DNA of 64,000 nt, from positions 63,961 through 127,960 of the forward strand of contig JACOYI010000002.1 in assembly GCA_016181935.1 (NCBI GenBank), written 5' to 3'. The notes below the pieces were generated by a model, which did not search any database, was not told where the DNA came from, and saw only the letters and a program-made list of their open reading frames with translations. Made by a program: the position numbers and the translations under genes. This DNA is from Candidatus Niyogibacteria bacterium. Its GTDB lineage: Bacteria > Patescibacteriota > Minisyncoccia > HO2-45-28. Positions 1 to 9,540 of the stretch are shown here, piece by piece (the stretch's first letter is position 1; every line of letters starts with the position of its first letter).

Positions 1-18
1 TTTTGGGCGGGGGTTTTG

Positions 19-414
19 TCAGGGCATTTGTTTTTTAGCGACTGTTTCGCGGATCTTCTTCACAACTTCGTCGATCAACACATTCGCCTTGATGAGATAG
101 CTTTCGGCGCCGAGCTTCAATCCCTTTTCGACTTCCTCGCGGCTACCGAGATTCGAAAGAATAACCACAGGGATCGCCTTGGTCTGTTCGTTTTCTTTGA
201 TCTTTGCCAAAATTTCAAACCCGCTCATTCCGGGGAGGATCAAATCCAGGAGAATGATGTCCGGCATTCCGCCATCTGGCGGATTTTCAAGTTCCTTCAT
301 TCCGGCCTCGCCGTCCACGGCAAGCTGGACTTGAAAATCGGCTTTGGCGAGCTTTTCCGCCAAAAGCCCCGCCATCAGCTGATCGTCCTCAATCACCAGC
401 ACTTTTGTTTGCAT
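19..414 (-). CDS. Single-domain response regulator receiver protein
   Basis: VLVIEDD, PDIILLDLILPGMSG, IPVVILSN and YLIK receiver motifs; no output domain. Confidence 0.93.
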   Translation of the reverse strand: MQTKVLVIEDDQLMAGLLAEKLAKADFQVQLAVDGEAGMKELENPPDGGMPDIILLDLILPGMSGFEILAKIKENEQTKAIPVVILSNLGSREEVEKGLKLGAESYLIKANVLIDEVVKKIRETVAKKQMP

Positions 415-430
415 GAATGTATTCTACCCC

Positions 431-1087
431 CTAGAAATTCTTTAGCCAATCCGCAAGCTCATCCATGAACTCCGGATGCGCTACAAGCATGTCTGTTCCA
501 TGGCCGCCGGTATCGAAGATTTTAAGCTCTTTGCGGCATGTAAGCGCGCCGAAAATGCGCGCCGCCCGTTCGTGTGCGGCACCGCCCGCGCGCACGTTGT
601 CTTTGGCCGCCACGATATAAACGCCCTGCTCGTTCCGAACCTTTGCGATGACCGGAAGCGTTTCAACTCCTCGATAATTGATGCCAGGCGACAACAGAAT
701 CGCGGCGGATACGCGCTCGGATTCCGCCAACATCTGTAATGCGAGATTCGCGCCGATGGATGCGCCAACGATAAAAAACTTCGAATGCCCTTCGGCTTCT
801 TGAAATGCGAGCGCCGCGCGAACATCGGCGATCGATGCCTGATGCTCCCCGTCCGTAAAATCTTGGTATCCGTCCGGCCCGCCCTGCGATTCGCCGTGTC
901 CTCGCAAATCAATGGCGAGCGCGCCGAATCCCGCGGCATTCAGTTTTCCGGCAAATGCGTTCCACGATGCGCGGGTTGCGGGCATCATATGCAGCAAAAG
1001 AACCGCGGGAGAGCCCTGCGGTCCTTTGTAGTGGTCGCCGACGATCGCAACGCCGTCCTCGGTTTCAAGCGTTATTCGTTCAACCAT
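431..1087 (-). CDS. Alpha/beta hydrolase
   Basis: DLRGHGES, GASIG nucleophile elbow, C-terminal GHG. Confidence 0.9.
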   Translation of the reverse strand: MVERITLETEDGVAIVGDHYKGPQGSPAVLLLHMMPATRASWNAFAGKLNAAGFGALAIDLRGHGESQGGPDGYQDFTDGEHQASIADVRAALAFQEAEGHSKFFIVGASIGANLALQMLAESERVSAAILLSPGINYRGVETLPVIAKVRNEQGVYIVAAKDNVRAGGAAHERAARIFGALTCRKELKIFDTGGHGTDMLVAHPEFMDELADWLKNF

Positions 1088-1106
1088 TGCTTCATTAATT
1101 GCTTCA

Positions 1107-1925
1107 TTAATCGTCGATCTCGAATCCGAGATAAACCGTTACCGTAATTTCATTTTCTCCTGCGGGCGTTTGCGGCGGTTGAAAACCGTCGCCGCCTACG
1201 CCAAATTCCAAGCTCCTCGCATAAATCGGAATCGCGCCGCCGCCGGATTCGCTATACGAAACGATGTCATCAAGATCAACACGCAAATCGCGGGCAAGTT
1301 GTTTTGCTTTTGCTTTTGCGTCCGCGATGGCTTTCGCGCGCGCCTCGGCGCGAAGCGCTTCGATATTGTCCACATCGAACCGGAGCGAACCCACTTCATT
1401 CGCGCCGAGCCCTGCGATCTTCGTCAAATGAGAACCGACTTTCGCGAGGTCGCGGATTTTCAATTCAAAGGATTGTCGTATTTGATACCCGCGAAAAACG
1501 CTCCCGCTCCGTGTGTAATCATACATCGGTGTGATGTTGTACGAGGTCGTTTTCAGGTCCTTTTCCTCCACGCCCGCGCCCTTCAAATAATCCACAATGG
1601 CGTTGGTCGCCTTGGTCGCCTGTTCCTGCGCCGTTCCTACGTCCTTCGATTCGCGCCACACCGAGAACGTGACAATGCCGATATCCGGTTTTGCCAAAAC
1701 CTTGCCCTCGCCCGTCACCGTGATGGTCGGAACATTGGGATATACGCCCTTCAAGCCCTTGGCCTCACTCACGAACTTTGCGCCGATCCAGAGCGTCAAA
1801 ACCGCAAGGAGCGCAAGCATCAGCCAGCGCTTTCCCTGATGGCCGCACATGTGCATCCCCGCTCCGCCTTCGTGCTTCCCGTCCTCACACTTCCCGCAAC
1901 ACCCCTTGAATAGATGATGAAACAT
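1107..1925 (-). CDS. SIMPL (DUF541) domain protein
   Basis: TM helix followed by TITVTGEGKV..PD and ARAKAIADAKAKA motifs. Confidence 0.88.
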   Translation of the reverse strand: MFHHLFKGCCGKCEDGKHEGGAGMHMCGHQGKRWLMLALLAVLTLWIGAKFVSEAKGLKGVYPNVPTITVTGEGKVLAKPDIGIVTFSVWRESKDVGTAQEQATKATNAIVDYLKGAGVEEKDLKTTSYNITPMYDYTRSGSVFRGYQIRQSFELKIRDLAKVGSHLTKIAGLGANEVGSLRFDVDNIEALRAEARAKAIADAKAKAKQLARDLRVDLDDIVSYSESGGGAIPIYARSLEFGVGGDGFQPPQTPAGENEITVTVYLGFEIDD

Positions 1926-1974
1926 AGGTTTTTATACTATGCGCTTTTCCGCTGTTCCGCAAGCCGAACCACCC

Positions 1975-2472
1975 TCACGACCCATGACATTTCTTAAATT
2001 TTTTGCCGGAGCCGCACGGGCAATCGGCGGCGTTTTGAATATATGCCTTGAGCAACCACGAACTGGATTGGACCTTGCCGCCCTTGCCGATGTTGAAGAC
2101 CATTTTGCATCCGATCTGATTGCAAACCGCTACTTCGGGAATGTTGCCGAGCTTTCGGTCGCCGCCATTCACGAAAATATCGGGTTTTAAATGCGCGAGT
2201 TCGGCATTCACGCTCATGTCGGTCGGGTTCGCCGTATGGCGCGTCAGCACCACCTTATCAACGCCCGTGATGGATTCAAGCAATTCTTTCCGCTCATGCT
2301 GGGGCATGAACACGAATCCTTTTTTCTTCTGCAGCCAATTATCGTTATTCAAAATGACGATGAGCTTGTCGCCCAGTTTCTTGGCATTCTGGAACATCCG
2401 CACATGCCCCACGTGCACCGGATCGAATCCGCCGCTTACCGCGACCACGATATGCTTTCTGTCCGATTTCAT
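1975..2472 (-). CDS. Cytidylyl/adenylyltransferase family protein with C-terminal SEC-C motif
   Basis: SGGFDPVHVGH (HxGH) motif; ends in CPCGSGKKFKKCHG. Confidence 0.88.
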   Translation of the reverse strand: MKSDRKHIVVAVSGGFDPVHVGHVRMFQNAKKLGDKLIVILNNDNWLQKKKGFVFMPQHERKELLESITGVDKVVLTRHTANPTDMSVNAELAHLKPDIFVNGGDRKLGNIPEVAVCNQIGCKMVFNIGKGGKVQSSSWLLKAYIQNAADCPCGSGKKFKKCHGS

Positions 2473-2481
2473 TCTTTTATT

Positions 2482-3759
2482 CTATACCGATTTGAGCGCC
2501 TTTCGCACAACTTCGCGGTCGTCCCATGCGGTGCGGGAGCCATGCGGACCCATGATCCACGGCTCGCATCCCTTGCCCGTGATGATGACGACATCTCCCG
2601 CTTTTGCGTCATGAATCGCGCGCTCGATTGCCGTGCCGCGATCTAAAATTTTCACCGCCTTCGTCCCCGCGCCGACGCCCGTTTCAATTTCAAGTAAGAT
2701 TTTTTGCGGGTCTTCATCGTAAGGGTCTTCGTTCGTCAAAATCACTTCCGAGCAAAATTCGGATGCGATCTTCCCGAATTCGGGGCGCTTCCATTTGTCT
2801 CTGCCGCCGCCCGCCGCACCGAGCACGCAAATCAATTTTTTGCCTTTGAGCGCCTCGTATACTTTGTGGAGTGCGTCAGGCGTATGTGCATAATCCACGA
2901 TGACCGCGAACGGCTCCTTCTGAATGTATTCCATCCGTCCCGCGACCACATCCACTTTTTCAATGCCGCGCTTGATCTCGTCCCAGCCAATATTCATCGC
3001 GCGCGCGAGCGCGACGGCCGCTGCGATGTTGGCGAGATTGAATGCGCCTACGAGTTTGGAGCGGATTTCCATCCCTTGCGGGGTCAGAATCCGCATCCCA
3101 TCGTCCTCGAACGCAACCTCGTATTCCTTTGCGGAGTAGGTGATTTTTTTGTCGGCGTCGTAGCGCAGGAACCGGTCGCGCGATGCGTCATCCGCATTCA
3201 CCACCATCACTTTCGGGATTTCGTTTTTGCGATAGGTTTTTGAAAGCAATTTAAAAAGTTTTTCCTTCGCTCGGCGATATTTTTCAAACGAGCCGTGCGA
3301 TTCGATGTGTTCGGGCGTCACGTTCGTGAGCACGAGCGCATCCCACGCGATGGCGCGGTGGCGCGATTGGCGGATGCCCTCGGAGGTCGCTTCGAGCACC
3401 GCATGCGTCGCGTGTTCGCGCTTGGCATCGCGCAAAAACTTCTGGAGCGCTCCGCGGCCGGGCATCGTCATTTTGAGCGTGTTCGGCCATTCCTTATCAC
3501 CGATTTTGAACCGCACGGACGACACGGACGCGACTTTGAACCCCGCCTCCTCCAAAATTTTCACGATGAGCTCCACGGTCGTGGATTTCCCATTCGTCCC
3601 CGTGACGCCGATCACCGTCATCCCCCGCGAGGGATGCCCGTACCAAGCGGCGGCGAGCGCCGAAAGCGCTCCGTGGTAAAACGGCTGGGCAAAACGGAAA
3701 AGGGGCGCGGGAATGACCGGCCGGATGAGATCCCGAACCCTTGACATAAATCCATTCAC
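2482..3759 (-). CDS. murE: UDP-N-acetylmuramyl-tripeptide synthetase (MurE)
   Basis: GVTGTNGKST, DYAHTPD, GGGRDKWKRP, EDPYDEDP and GKG motifs; start could be 3747. Confidence 0.9.
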   Translation of the reverse strand: MNGFMSRVRDLIRPVIPAPLFRFAQPFYHGALSALAAAWYGHPSRGMTVIGVTGTNGKSTTVELIVKILEEAGFKVASVSSVRFKIGDKEWPNTLKMTMPGRGALQKFLRDAKREHATHAVLEATSEGIRQSRHRAIAWDALVLTNVTPEHIESHGSFEKYRRAKEKLFKLLSKTYRKNEIPKVMVVNADDASRDRFLRYDADKKITYSAKEYEVAFEDDGMRILTPQGMEIRSKLVGAFNLANIAAAVALARAMNIGWDEIKRGIEKVDVVAGRMEYIQKEPFAVIVDYAHTPDALHKVYEALKGKKLICVLGAAGGGRDKWKRPEFGKIASEFCSEVILTNEDPYDEDPQKILLEIETGVGAGTKAVKILDRGTAIERAIHDAKAGDVVIITGKGCEPWIMGPHGSRTAWDDREVVRKALKSV

Positions 3760-3822
3760 AGCGTAAAAATTAGCACAGCATTGGTTCGTTCACAATGAAA
3801 TGGCTCAAACCAAGGAGAAGCC

Positions 3823-4512
3823 ATGAAGCGACCGCTCACAATTCTTTTCGCGTTCGTGCTTATCGGATTTCCGATGACGGGGTTTGGGGATGGATATGCG
3901 CCGAAAGGTCCGTGGCGCGTAGTGGTGGCGGAACGAATTTCCTACGACGATTTGGGAAATTGGGAATACGAAGTGCCCGCGGAACTATGCGAGGAGGTCA
4001 TCCAGACAAACGTGCTGGAAAATTACCGTCGATGGTCTCATTCCTACGGTCCGTATGGCCCCTACACCGGAAGTTACAAATCATTTGCCGATTTTCTTTC
4101 GGACAAGATCTGGGGCCTCGACTATGATCATCTTCAAAGTCAAAATAGTCGGTATTACCACGTGGAAATGGTGGTGATCCTTGAAAACGCCGTGGTCAAT
4201 TCCGAGACCACCACCATCACATTGCCCATCGCCAATCCGGAAGAAGACGCGGAGATCCATCTATCGGTTTACTACGATGACCGGCGGTTTCCGATGCGGC
4301 TCGACATTACGGAAGGGGAGGTCCGTGGCGATGCTGCTTCCTCATCGACAGAAGCAAACCTGCTTGTCTGGGCGACCATGGAACAAAAGCCGGTCCTCAT
4401 TAAGGGGGTCGTTCGCATTCCCGAGAGCTACAACGGCATGGTCGAGCTCTTGGACGACATCCGCCATTCCCAGATCAAAATCTGCGCCGTAAGCGCGGTT
4501 TATTCCGAGTAG
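3823..4512 (+). CDS. Hypothetical secreted protein
   Basis: AAGGAG SD, signal-peptide-like N-terminus, own downstream terminator. Confidence 0.75.
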   Translation: MKRPLTILFAFVLIGFPMTGFGDGYAPKGPWRVVVAERISYDDLGNWEYEVPAELCEEVIQTNVLENYRRWSHSYGPYGPYTGSYKSFADFLSDKIWGLDYDHLQSQNSRYYHVEMVVILENAVVNSETTTITLPIANPEEDAEIHLSVYYDDRRFPMRLDITEGEVRGDAASSSTEANLLVWATMEQKPVLIKGVVRIPESYNGMVELLDDIRHSQIKICAVSAVYSE

Positions 4513-4518
4513 CGCGAC

Positions 4519-4551
4519 AGCTGAGGACGTAAGTCCTCGGCTTTTTTATTT
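4519..4551 (+). terminator. Rho-independent terminator
   Basis: agctgaggac-gtaa-gtcctcggct followed by a T run. Confidence 0.7.
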
Positions 4552-4573
4552 TGATAACACTGCGAGGGCGGCT

Positions 4574-4822
4574 TTAATAGGCCTTGCTCCGATGTTTTAT
4601 TCTATAAATTTTCACTTCCCTCCGCTTGTCGTCGATTTCGTAAATAACACGCAAATCGCCGATCCGAATCCGCCACGCATTCGGAGACCCGTGTAATTTC
4701 TTAGCGTTTGCGCGCGGGTTGTCGCGTAATTTCAAACAATAACGAATAACCCTCGAGCGCATCGACTTCTCGAGGGCATTCAAATCGCGCTCCGCGCGCC
4801 GCTCGATCAAAACTTTATACAC
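4574..4822 (-). CDS. RelE/ParE family toxin
   Basis: AERDL..L, KKLHG..WRIRIGDLRVIYEIDD..V.IYRIKHRSKAY. Confidence 0.92.
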   Translation of the reverse strand: MYKVLIERRAERDLNALEKSMRSRVIRYCLKLRDNPRANAKKLHGSPNAWRIRIGDLRVIYEIDDKRREVKIYRIKHRSKAY

Positions 4823-5009
4823 GCTCCCGGAGATACTCGCCTAGCGCGCGAAAAGAGGTTTTACCTCTCCGAATGCGGTGCAATTCCTGAAGGTCGCTTT
4901 TTTCTTCTGCCGCTCCTAACAACCGTTCATATTCTTTGATATCCAAAATGACGGATTTCGGCTTTCCGCCGCGAAGCACAATTTTAGGTTTTGCAATGAC
5001 ATTGGGCAT
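4815..5009 (-). CDS. Antitoxin (Phd/RelB-like) cognate to the RelE toxin
   Basis: GKPKSVILDIKEYERLL motif; overlaps the toxin start; ATG chosen 5 nt after a CATACT -10-like hexamer. Confidence 0.8.
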   Translation of the reverse strand: MPNVIAKPKIVLRGGKPKSVILDIKEYERLLGAAEEKSDLQELHRIRRGKTSFRALGEYLRERV

Positions 5010-5059
5010 AAACCAGTATGCTGGCATTTCGACTAAAAATCAATCGTTTTTTAATTCCC

Positions 5060-5128
5060 GCCCACCGTCATCCCACGCGAGGGGTGGCCGTACCAATCCG
5101 CCAAGAGCTCGGCGAGAAGGAGATGTGA
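5060..5128 (-). pseudogene. Relic fragment of a murE 5' region
   Basis: Translates HLLLAELLADWYGHPSRGMTV versus murE HGALSALAAAWYGHPSRGMTV; 5063-5096 matches 3613-3646 at 31/34 nt. Confidence 0.8.
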
Positions 5129-5148
5129 TGTCGATTTTAAAAACAAAA

Positions 5149-5439
5149 TCAAAAAGAATCGCTCCATCCTGTTGGCAAGGTCACTGGCGAAAGATTTATT
5201 GGGGGTTGAGGTAATACCGGAGTAGAAGGCGGCAACTTTGGTAATCTTGGGACCGGAGATACGGCAAACTGATTAAAGATGATGTATTTGCTGTTCCAAA
5301 TCTGGCCGCGAAAGTTTCCTCTCGAATCCCATACATAATTATTTTCAACCCACCCCCAATATTCGCCATCCCTCGAAAATAATGAGCCAGTAGAAATAAA
5401 GCCGATATAAACTCCGTTTGACTTAAAAATAAAATTCAT
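5149..5439 (-). CDS. Small hypothetical protein with repeated beta-hairpins (4-fold beta-flower-like) and a Pro-rich tail
   Basis: Repeats of F.s.G.Y.G.i; AT-rich; directly downstream of the protease gene. Confidence 0.65.
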   Translation of the reverse strand: MNFIFKSNGVYIGFISTGSLFSRDGEYWGWVENNYVWDSRGNFRGQIWNSKYIIFNQFAVSPVPRLPKLPPSTPVLPQPPINLSPVTLPTGWSDSF

Positions 5440-5446
5440 ATTGCTT

Positions 5447-6151
5447 TTATTTTTTACTTAACTCCGAATTTTCGGGTAATTCTGAAATTTCTTTGTGCTC
5501 TGGTATATAAGAGGCAGGTACGGCATAGCCAACACCCAACTGCATATTTTTCGTCAACGCCTGATACATTTCCACAAGATCAATACCGTGCAATGAAATT
5601 GCGCCGAGCGACATTTTTTCAACCTTGCTTAAAAGATCGGAGCGCTCTCGTCGAGTTGCATTCACTACCCCAATAACCTCGCCATGGGAGTTCATAAGCG
5701 GACAACCACTATTCCCAGGATTTACTGTTCCATCAATAAGATAAGTTGTAGTTCCAACGGCATCCTTTGTAATCGCTGACAAAATACCTTGATGGGTTGT
5801 CAGAGTTTCCAAATTGAGAGGAAATCCCGAAAAAATAACGGGTACTCCCGGTTTAATTTTTTCTCTTGCCCCAATTGGCAAAATAGACCGATCTCCGCTT
5901 TCTAATTTTAACAAGGCTAAATCGTGTTCGGAGTCGCGTATTGCAACTTTTGCGGCTATAAAATTTTCATCATCAGAAAATCGACACAATAACGACTGAC
6001 TGCCTTCGATAACATGATCACAGGTCACAAGAATCCCTTTTTTTGAAAACAAAAATCCGGATCCGGTGCTATCGACCTTATTTTTGGCATTGAGACAATA
6101 TATTTTAGCAATGCTCGGTGTAATTTTTTCGACTATATTCGCGTAATCCAT
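5447..6151 (-). CDS. Trypsin-like serine protease (S1C), no signal peptide or PDZ domain
   Basis: GSGF, TCDHVI, HDLALLK and PGNSGCP triad motifs. Confidence 0.9.
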   Translation of the reverse strand: MDYANIVEKITPSIAKIYCLNAKNKVDSTGSGFLFSKKGILVTCDHVIEGSQSLLCRFSDDENFIAAKVAIRDSEHDLALLKLESGDRSILPIGAREKIKPGVPVIFSGFPLNLETLTTHQGILSAITKDAVGTTTYLIDGTVNPGNSGCPLMNSHGEVIGVVNATRRERSDLLSKVEKMSLGAISLHGIDLVEMYQALTKNMQLGVGYAVPASYIPEHKEISELPENSELSKK

Positions 6152-6194
6152 AGGATAGGCGCATTTAACGTCCGTTTGTCTTTAGTTGATGAAA

Positions 6195-6761
6195 CTACCT
6201 CCCCAACACTGCGAGAGCGGCTTTGATGCGGGCTTCGGCGCCTACGACATCCGACGACACTTTCGCGAGCGCATCTCTAGCTTCACGCAAAGAATACCCC
6301 AGTGCAGCGAGCGCTTCAAGCGCGTCCTCCTCATGGCGGAACTCGTCGGACGCCATCGTTTTGCCCATTTTTTCGCGAAGTTCAATGATGATTTTCTCCG
6401 CGGTTTTCCTCCCGATGCCAGATACCTTCGTGAGATAGCTCGTCTCCCCTCCCGCGATGGCTTTTTTCAACATATCGAGCGATGCCACGCCGAGCACGGA
6501 GAGGGCTGTGCGCGGCCCCACGCCCGATACGCTGTTCAACAAATCGAACAGATCAAGCTCGCCGTAGGTCAAAAACCCATACAATTCCTGCGCGTCCTCC
6601 CGCTGGCGGTGTGCCGTGTAGATTTTGACGGTGTCCCTGTTGTGTGGTATGGTTCGGAGCGTTTCGGGTCCTACGAACACTTTGTAGCCCACGCCGCCCG
6701 CCTCCAATATCAGGAAGCGCTCTCCTCGGAAGACGATTTTACCCTCCAAGCTGGCTATCAT
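6195..6761 (-). CDS. ruvA: Holliday junction branch migration protein RuvA
   Basis: MIASLEG, GGVGY, REDAQELYGF, SGVGPRTAL, GIGRKTAEKI. Confidence 0.97.
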   Translation of the reverse strand: MIASLEGKIVFRGERFLILEAGGVGYKVFVGPETLRTIPHNRDTVKIYTAHRQREDAQELYGFLTYGELDLFDLLNSVSGVGPRTALSVLGVASLDMLKKAIAGGETSYLTKVSGIGRKTAEKIIIELREKMGKTMASDEFRHEEDALEALAALGYSLREARDALAKVSSDVVGAEARIKAALAVLGR

Positions 6762-6806
6762 CTTACTATTATAGTATATGTATATTCAATTTGTAATCAA
6801 AATGTA

Positions 6807-6848
6807 CTTCTAACACATTCCTGACGGCCGTCAGGAATGTGTTAGAAG
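6807..6848. repeat. Perfect 42-bp palindrome
   Basis: cttctaacacattcctgacgg|ccgtcaggaatgtgttagaag. Confidence 0.95.
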
Positions 6849-6863
6849 ACAAAACGCCATTTC

Positions 6864-8852
6864 ATGAACCGATTTAAACTCCACTCACCCTACCAGCCGA
6901 CCGGAGACCAGCCCGCCGCCATCGAAAAGCTCGCGGCGGGTATTCGCGCGGGCAAAAAGCACCAAACACTCTTGGGCGTGACGGGCTCCGGTAAGACCTT
7001 CACAATGGCCAATGTCATCGAGAAGCTCAATCGCCCTGCGCTCGTCATTTCGCATAACAAAACGCTCGCCCTCCAGCTGTATCAGGAGTTCAAGGAATTT
7101 TTCCCACTAAACGGCGTCCACTATTTCGTCTCGTATTACGACTACTACCAGCCCGAGGCCTACCTCCCCACCACCGACACCTATATCGAAAAAGACGCGA
7201 AAATCAACGACTTCATCGACCGCCTGCGCCACGCGACCACCGCCTCCGCGCTCACGCGGCGCGATTTTGTGATTTGCGCATCCGTGTCCTGCATTTACGG
7301 CTTGGGCGATCCGGAGGAATACGAAAATGTCGCGCTCGAATTGCGCGTCGGGCAAACGATGAAACGAAAGGATTTAACCGAGCGCCTCGCCGACCTGTAT
7401 TACGAACGCAATGACACCGAATCGCCTGCCTCGCCGTTTGGCGGGCGCTACGGCACCTTCAGCGCCAAAGGTGATGTGATTTCCATTGCGTCCCCCGACG
7501 GCGCCACCATCACCGAAATTGAACTCCTTGGCGACAAAATCGACGCGATGCGGGAATACAAAAACGACATCCACCGCTCGGGTGAACGCGCCATTGAATC
7601 CAAACACTTCTTCCCCGCCAAACATTTCGTCACGCCGAAGGATAAATTGAAAGTCGCGATGGCGAATATCCGCACCGAGCTCGCCACGCGCCTCACCGCG
7701 CTCAAAAAAGCGGGCAAAATCCTCGAGGCCGCGCGGTTGGAACAGCGCGTGAATTTTGACCTCGAAATGCTCGAGACCACGGGCTATGTGTCGGGCATCG
7801 AAAATTATTCGCGCCAGTTGTCGTTCCGCAACGCGGGCGAGCCGCCGTTCACATTATTGGATTATCTCCCCGACGATACGCTCGTCATCATCGACGAATC
7901 CCACATGACCGTCCCGCAGATCGGCGGAATGTACGCGGGCGACCAAGCGCGCAAAAATGTTCTTGTGGATTACGGGTTCCGTTTGCCCTCTGCGCTCGAC
8001 AACCGGCCGCTCAAATTCGCGGAGTTCGATGAAAAAGCGGGACAGCGCGTGTATGTGTCCGCCACGCCCGCGCAGTATGAAATTGACGCGTCAGGTCCGG
8101 ATGGAATCGCGGAACAGCTCATCCGCCCCACCGGACTCCTCGACCCCGTCATCGAAATCCGCCCCGCGCGAAATCAATTAAAAGATGTGGAACAGGAAAT
8201 CGCAAAATGCGTCGCCGCGGGCGAGCGCGCGCTCGTCGTGACGCTCACCAAGCGCCTCGCCGAGGATATCGCCGCGCATTTCAAGGACGCCGGCATCAAA
8301 GCCGAATACATGCACTCGGAAATCAAAACGCTTGAGCGCGGCAAAATTTTGGAAAAATTGCGCCGCGGCGAAATTGACGTCCTCATCGGCATCAACCTGC
8401 TCCGCGAAGGGCTCGATTTGCCGGAAGTGGCGCTCATCGCCATTCTCGACGCGGACAAAGAAGGATTTTTGCGCAATGAAACTTCATTGATTCAAACCAT
8501 CGGCCGCGGCGCGCGCCATCCGAAAGGCCGCGCGATTCTCTATGCCGATATTGTGACGGGCTCGATACAGCGCGCGCTCGATGAAACCAACCGTCGCCGC
8601 AAAATTCAGGAGGACTATAACCGCGAGCACGGCATCACGCCGACCGCGGTCATCAAGCCCATCCGCGCACCGTTGTTGGAAGAGGAAAAAGACAAGCGCG
8701 ACCCCGTCGGCGCGCTCGTGAAAGATTTGTACGAAACGCTTAAGGACCATGACGCGGTCAAAGCCGAACTCGAACGTCAAATGCTCATCGCCGCCGACGA
8801 ACTCCGCTTCGAAGACGCCGCGCGATTGCGGGATGTGCTGGGAACGCTATAA
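6864..8852 (+). CDS. uvrB: Excinuclease ABC subunit B
   Basis: GVTGSGKT, FVSYYDYYQPEAY, DESH, GINLLREGLDLPEV, C-terminal UVR domain. Confidence 0.98.
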   Translation: MNRFKLHSPYQPTGDQPAAIEKLAAGIRAGKKHQTLLGVTGSGKTFTMANVIEKLNRPALVISHNKTLALQLYQEFKEFFPLNGVHYFVSYYDYYQPEAYLPTTDTYIEKDAKINDFIDRLRHATTASALTRRDFVICASVSCIYGLGDPEEYENVALELRVGQTMKRKDLTERLADLYYERNDTESPASPFGGRYGTFSAKGDVISIASPDGATITEIELLGDKIDAMREYKNDIHRSGERAIESKHFFPAKHFVTPKDKLKVAMANIRTELATRLTALKKAGKILEAARLEQRVNFDLEMLETTGYVSGIENYSRQLSFRNAGEPPFTLLDYLPDDTLVIIDESHMTVPQIGGMYAGDQARKNVLVDYGFRLPSALDNRPLKFAEFDEKAGQRVYVSATPAQYEIDASGPDGIAEQLIRPTGLLDPVIEIRPARNQLKDVEQEIAKCVAAGERALVVTLTKRLAEDIAAHFKDAGIKAEYMHSEIKTLERGKILEKLRRGEIDVLIGINLLREGLDLPEVALIAILDADKEGFLRNETSLIQTIGRGARHPKGRAILYADIVTGSIQRALDETNRRRKIQEDYNREHGITPTAVIKPIRAPLLEEEKDKRDPVGALVKDLYETLKDHDAVKAELERQMLIAADELRFEDAARLRDVLGTL

Positions 8853-8940
8853 TCCCGCCGCCAGCTTGACAATCCATCTCATCTTTGGTATTCACAAACA
8901 AGCAGCTCGTTAAAAATCGCCACGGAATAAGGAGATAAGC

Positions 8941-9513
8941 GTGGACCGGCAAAAAGCCCAAGAGATCGTGGATGCGGCTATTCGGTTGCCGCTGTCGGAA
9001 CTTCTATATACGGCGGAGGAGATCGAGGAGGCGGTCCGAGCGAACACGACGGAAGTTTTCAATCGAATTCCGGAAATTGAAAATGCGCAAAAAGAATACA
9101 GGGAATCACTTCTTCGCGAGGCAACAATACAGCACAAAATAAAGAGGCTTTTGCTACGGGCAGGATTTCGCCCCTATAACGGCTGGACTCTAAATGGTCT
9201 GGAAGTGATGTGTACCAAGACCGCGAGCGTAGGCGAAGACCCCAGATACGACAAACCAAAACACATAGCAATCGTAAGGCCGAGGCGCTTTGTTACAAGA
9301 CCTCGGGATAAATGGATTGGATTGATTCATCTCTCCGAAAAATCGAATGAAATTCTTATAGAAATATTCGGGTCAAGAAATATTGCCGCGATCGCCGATA
9401 TATCAGAAAAAATCAGGCAGCAAATGAACCTTTCGGTTCGTTGTGATCTGGTGCTGAGAAAAGAGAAGGAGCTCGATGGAGATTGGATTGATGTTTGTAA
9501 AACAGGCCCCTAA
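8941..9513 (+). CDS. Hypothetical protein; first ~35 aa shared with 10706..11050
   Basis: TTGACA at 8866, AAGGAG SD, GTG start. Confidence 0.75.
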   Translation: MDRQKAQEIVDAAIRLPLSELLYTAEEIEEAVRANTTEVFNRIPEIENAQKEYRESLLREATIQHKIKRLLLRAGFRPYNGWTLNGLEVMCTKTASVGEDPRYDKPKHIAIVRPRRFVTRPRDKWIGLIHLSEKSNEILIEIFGSRNIAAIADISEKIRQQMNLSVRCDLVLRKEKELDGDWIDVCKTGP

Positions 9514-9540
9514 AAACAAGGCTTAGCCTGCGGAGCGCAC

